64,000 nucleotides of DNA. Origin: Antedon mediterranea. Lineage: Eukaryota; Animalia; Echinodermata. Shown here in pieces: positions 59,137-64,000 of the stretch. The position numbers and the translations under genes are program-made. The notes beneath the pieces are model-generated. The model made no database searches. It was not told the DNA's origin and saw only the letters and a list, made by a program, of their open reading frames with translations. The stretch covers positions 1,493,788 through 1,557,787 of the forward strand of contig NC_092676.1 of NCBI RefSeq assembly GCF_964355755.1, read 5' to 3'. Position 1 is the stretch's first letter. The number at the start of each line of letters is the position of its first letter.

Positions 59137-61272
59137 ATGTCTGAACAAAAAGCATTACAATTCTTGGACAAACATGATCTTGAATGTGCAATTTGTCTAG
59201 AAAGACTGAGAGAACCAAAAACACTTGAGTGTCTCCATAGTTACTGTCTTCATTGCCTGCAGAGTTTTATTAAAACAAGCGGCAAAATAAAATGTCCAAA
59301 ATGCTGTAAGATATATGATGACCTCAATCAATTTGATTTGAACAATCTTACGTCAAATGAAATGTTAAGTTGTCAAGTTAAATATGTGGGAAATATTGAA
59401 TCAGGAAAACCTTCAACATGCTCAAGCTGTGATAATCAACCTGAATACTACTGCTCTGAATGTAAAATGTATCTATGTGGACAATGTACCCAGGATCATA
59501 AGAAATTCCCTGTATTGAAAGACCATTCACTGTACAGACTGGATAAAAAAGAGGAAGATGATTTTCCAGATAAATGTAAATTTCACAGTTACCGCATACT
59601 TGAATTTTATTGCAGCAATTGTTGTAAAAGTGGATGTGAGAAATGTGAACATGTTCTTCATTGTTATCAAAATGGACATAATGTGATTCCATTCAAGATT
59701 GCTGTTGAAGAGTTCAACAAAAATGTTACAGAAGTTATGAAAATTGCTGAGGAAATTAAAGATAAACTAAAAGAAACAAGTGATACAATAACTAAAGAAA
59801 GATCAGACTTTGAATCTCGAATACAGATATGCAGAACAGCAATTGGGTTACAAGAAGAAAACATGATGAAAAAGATTCAGGAAAAAAGCAGAACAACGAT
59901 GGCAGATCTTGACAAGATTGAACAAGAAAATAAAAAAGTTGGTGTTGATGTAGTAAAACAAATTGATTCAAAGCTGACTCAAGTTAATGAGATGTTGCCA
60001 TTATTTACCACAATGATGAACAAACCAGAAGAAAGAGAAACACTTAAATCTCATGAGGCAAATATCACTGATTTTAGAAATGAAGCTTGGGAAACCAAAT
60101 TTGATGAATCAAGTTTTAAAAAACTTGCTCCTAGTTTCATTCCATCTAAAAACTTGGATAGAATGATAGATTTGGAAGGCATTGGCAAAATTGCAAATGC
60201 TAATTGTGCATATGAGGTTTCTGAAGATGACAAGTCTATTACAATCACAAAGGGACAGCCATTTGAAGTGAAAGTTTCAAGTTCAGCAGGAAGTGAGACA
60301 TGTCTATTGTCTGCCACTATATTTAATGAATCAGGTGAAGAATCAGCAACTGAAGTGAAACACCAAGGAAGTGGAGAGTACAAAATAACAGGAAGATGCC
60401 AAAAAGTAGGAGATTGGAAGATGAAGATCACTGCTAAAGGAGAAGAAATCAAAGGATCACCAGTGGATATCAAAGTGGAAGCACCAGGACTTGTGCACAC
60501 CATTGATAACACAGTTAATGAAAAGCTGATAGATGTAGTATTAGATAAAAATGGATGTTTAATTGTATCTAGTCAGAGTAAACAATTATTTAAGTTTAAC
60601 CAAGAATATTCATTTATCGGAATAATGGAGGTACCAGGAGAAGCAAATGTATTTTGTATGCATCAAATGGATGATGGTCACATTGTGTATAGTGATTTCT
60701 TAAACAAAACTGTTGTCATGTGTGATGATCAATTTAAACAAATTTGTGTATTTGGTAAGGGAAGTTTAAAAGATCCACGTGGATTGACAGTAAATAAGGA
60801 AACTAGAACCATGTATGTTGCAGATTGGAAATGTCATTGTGTGTTTAAATTTCATCTTGATAGTGGTAAACTTCTCAGTAAAATTGGTCCAATGGGTAGC
60901 AACAAAGGCCAAATGATCAATCCAGAAGGAGTCACTCTTACAAAAGAGGGCAACCTGATTGTGGCAGACTCTAGAAATCACAGAATAAAAATGTTTGATG
61001 CAAATGATAAGTTTATGAGAATTCTTGTAGACAGTGGTGAGGAGGACGGTTATGTTGAAAGTCCTTATAACATAATTATAGATTGTGAGGAAAACATTCT
61101 CATATCAAGTATTAACAAACTGCAATTATTTGATAAAAATGGGGTTTTTATTAAACGAATAGATGATGGTGGATTAAGTATTCCCGGAGGATTAAGCTTA
61201 ATTTCTAACAGACCAAGGCGGGTAGCCGTAGCAGATGAAGATCTAAACAATTTAAAAATATATAATTACTAG
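59137..61272 (+). CDS. TRIM-NHL E3 ubiquitin ligase paralog 6, 711 aa
   Basis: Acceptor TTACAG|ATG at 59137; intact ORF with all domains, ends KIYNY. Confidence 0.92.
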   Translation: MSEQKALQFLDKHDLECAICLERLREPKTLECLHSYCLHCLQSFIKTSGKIKCPKCCKIYDDLNQFDLNNLTSNEMLSCQVKYVGNIESGKPSTCSSCDNQPEYYCSECKMYLCGQCTQDHKKFPVLKDHSLYRLDKKEEDDFPDKCKFHSYRILEFYCSNCCKSGCEKCEHVLHCYQNGHNVIPFKIAVEEFNKNVTEVMKIAEEIKDKLKETSDTITKERSDFESRIQICRTAIGLQEENMMKKIQEKSRTTMADLDKIEQENKKVGVDVVKQIDSKLTQVNEMLPLFTTMMNKPEERETLKSHEANITDFRNEAWETKFDESSFKKLAPSFIPSKNLDRMIDLEGIGKIANANCAYEVSEDDKSITITKGQPFEVKVSSSAGSETCLLSATIFNESGEESATEVKHQGSGEYKITGRCQKVGDWKMKITAKGEEIKGSPVDIKVEAPGLVHTIDNTVNEKLIDVVLDKNGCLIVSSQSKQLFKFNQEYSFIGIMEVPGEANVFCMHQMDDGHIVYSDFLNKTVVMCDDQFKQICVFGKGSLKDPRGLTVNKETRTMYVADWKCHCVFKFHLDSGKLLSKIGPMGSNKGQMINPEGVTLTKEGNLIVADSRNHRIKMFDANDKFMRILVDSGEEDGYVESPYNIIIDCEENILISSINKLQLFDKNGVFIKRIDDGGLSIPGGLSLISNRPRRVAVADEDLNNLKIYNY

Positions 61273-61288
61273 TAACTTTTGTACTTAA

Positions 61289-61918
61289 AGCCCCCTTCCC
61301 TACGTTTTTTAGATCTAATTTAAGATCACAAACTATATTTAATGTAAAAATAATACTATATGGTCCTATTGCGATAACTTTTTTCGTCTTTAAACGGTTA
61401 AAAATGTGAAAAATAAGTCGATTCTAATAATTATAGCGGCCCGCTATAAATCCCAAAATGCATTGCGCGCGGATTGATATTTTTGTTTTTCACCTGTAAT
61501 TTGCCCACTTTTCGATCGATCGTGAGGCCAAAACAAATGGAAGACTCCTAACTTTTCAGCGAAAATACCGGGTTTTCCCCAATTTGTATCAACGGAGTCT
61601 GGCAAAAATAGAAAGACAATTAATGCAGCAACTATACAACGTCAGGCTAGGTATATAGCTAGCGTACGATGTTCGTACGTTACCGATGTTTACCAGCTAG
61701 GCCTACAAAACTAAGCCTAGCTAGGCTAGGCCTAAGACCGTCCACGAGAGGTCGATCGCCGCGAGCTACTTAGGTAGTGCATTGTTTCTCACTTTTTATC
61801 ATAATTTACCATAAAAAAAACGTACATTTAAGACAAGGAATGACATGGTTTAATGTTTTTAAAGTGATATATATGTATTAATTTCCAAAAAACGTCCAAA
61901 TTTGCAGGGAAGGGGTCT
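61289..61918. mobile_element. TTAA-flanked Kolobok-like MITE just downstream of paralog 6
   Basis: TIR AGCCCCCTTCCCTAC / GCAGGGAAGGGGTCT; TTAA at 61285-61288 and 61919-61922. Confidence 0.75.
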
Positions 61919-63529
61919 TTAATAATAATCTAAAAACATTCTATAATACATACTTACTTTCATCAAAAAGATGTATATATTTGTAGCTCACTTGAGTGTA
62001 TACTTGCCACTTAAGAGCCATTGTCTGTAAGAATCAAAGAAATATCAAAAAGAGTGGCAGACTAAAAAAAAATGGATTTCTTTCAAATTTTGCATATGGC
62101 TATATATGTGTTGAGAGAAATCAAATATGAAGTATTTTTTATTTCACACGTATATTTCCATGGCAACGGCCAAATTTGTGTTTTTGACAAATTTTGTCCT
62201 TTTTTAAGGTTTTTAAAAATGGATATTGGTACTACTTTGATGAACGATATTTTTGTTTTGTTCATTTAATTATAAAAAATAATTAGTGTATGCATAATAA
62301 CAATGCATTGTGTACCTGTTTCAAATTTTTTAATTTTTTTTAATTTCATACTTTGGGAGATACCATTTATTTAAAAAGGGGTGTTTTTCACTTTATTTAA
62401 ATTGTTCAATGCAACTAAACTTTACTTCACCATAACGCCCAAAGTGGTGTATTTTTTTAGCTGATTTATTACAAATAGGTAGTTCTAATGTTTAATAATT
62501 GATTTCTAAAATAAAATACTGGGGTAAATTTAAAATCTACAAGCAGTGTTGCGAGAAACATAGGCATTTTTATAAAAAAAAAACATGGTATATTAGTAAA
62601 AACATTTTATTTTCTTTGATTATTTGATTTGAAACTCATTGGTCAGACAAATTCTTAATGTTTTATATAGTTCTAGTTGTGTTGTGAAAAAAAAAAAAAA
62701 TTTTAATTATAGATTCTGTAATTCCCAGTTTTAATGTCATTTTATAGGTTATATCCTCTGGAAATTTGAATAAATTATCAGATCATAAATCGTCAGATTA
62801 CTCCTCTTTTATTTTGAAGCTCCTCTTTCATTTGTTTACTTCTTTTATTTGCTAACCTAAGCAGATCCCACATGCCCATCCACCACCACTTTCGACTACC
62901 ACCCCTCCCCCCCCCCACCCCGACTATAACCACAAAAAGATAAACTGCAACACTTTGGTCGATCATCCACTATAGAGTGTCAAATGCATGCATTCAAGCA
63001 CCACCCACACTGCCGCTACTATCGCCCCAATGAATAGACCCTCGCCTTCAACCCCCTAACTATTTAAAAGTCCTGGATCCACCACTTTCCCCTCCCCAAA
63101 ATAGAACCAATCAAAAGTCAATGATATACTCAGGTATGTTAATGCTACATAACAAATATTGAAGCCCTGATTTGAAATTTCATTTCATTTAAGGTCAGCA
63201 TGTAAAATATCACACTTTATTATTAAATATTAGTTTTAAATTCTATATTTTTTTTACTGTCATGGTTGGATTCAGTATTAATTATTAATTAATAATTATC
63301 TGATAATTATTTAATTTCCCTTAGTTATGCATAGCAACAGTTACTATGGTAACTAAAATTGAGATATTCTTTAGATTTTGCATATTTATCTTATACAAAT
63401 TTAAATTTGTAGATTATTAGCGCAGCAGGCATGCCTTATTTGCATTTTCAAATTACCGTTTCACAAGGTCATATTCGTAAGCACTTTCTTCTGTGATTAT
63501 TTTTATTCATGAAAACCCCATATTTTATT

Positions 63530-63958
63530 TACAGCGGCCACCTCCCTTAACGGACGCACTTTGAAAAGTCTGTTTGTTGTTCCTATCTAATTAGTGCATT
63601 TGGTGCTTACCGTAAGCAGCTGCGGGCACCTTTTTATACAAAAAATGAGATTTTTTGTAAGCGGCCAATCGAAAAATGTGATACTTATTGCATGGACCTA
63701 TGAATTAGAGGTGCATGTTTATTGTATTTCTTTATATATTAGCTTTATTTTGAAGAGGTTTTAAAAACATTACTGTGAAGAGATGAGAAAACTACAAAGA
63801 TTTTGACCGACCATTTTTCATATGATAAAAGTTTTTAAAATTTGTCTGAAAATGCTAAAAAATACTAAACCACCTGATTATAAATAATAATAGGCCTACA
63901 ATTATAAGCGGCCACTTTTCCAGGTCCCGAGGGTGGCCACTTACGGGAGGTTCAACTG
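63530..63958. mobile_element. Tc1/mariner/pogo-type MITE, right portion
   Basis: Repeated TAAGCGGCCAC motifs and the terminus GGGAGGTTCAACTG-TA; left end not found. Confidence 0.45.
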
Positions 63959-64000
63959 TATTTAAAAAAACAATTATCCTTAGTTATGCATAGAAACAGG

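Noticed and set aside
23921-61250. Recurrent antisense ORFs inside the TRIM genes (MESHYVHF..., MLSMVCTSP...)
   Set aside because: Shadow frames of the duplicated sense CDS; variable ends and no independent signals.
62700-62850. Start of a seventh TRIM promoter module (CTCTGGAAATTTG)
   Set aside because: Only weak similarity, no conserved donor, and no CDS within the window.

Overview
AT-rich animal genomic DNA with spliceosomal introns; probably a marine invertebrate such as an echinoderm (inferred from gene and repeat content, not proven). Left to right: (1) a 10-exon CCDC83-like coiled-coil gene (626-5531, +); (2) a 5-exon NR2E orphan nuclear receptor most similar to dissatisfaction/NR2E4 (8566-19496, +), surrounded by palindromic MITEs; (3) a tandem array of six single-coding-exon TRIM-NHL genes (RING, two B-boxes, coiled coil, filamin, NHL; 23866-61272, all +). 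One copy lacks the RING and one is frameshifted. The copies are patchwork mosaics with near-invariant RING DNA, hypervariable NHL loops and kappaB/ETS-like promoter motifs. This looks like a diversifying innate-immune sensor/E3 ligase cluster and is the best candidate for an undescribed system here. Mobile DNA includes a LINE with an intact ORF2 and a 2A-like NPGP motif, a Penelope-like fragment with hammerhead ribozymes, a Nin/Deu-type SINE, Helentron-like elements, Mutator-, Kolobok- and Harbinger-type non-autonomous elements, and a 1.9-kb 30-bp minisatellite. Family calls rest on recalled motifs, not database searches.
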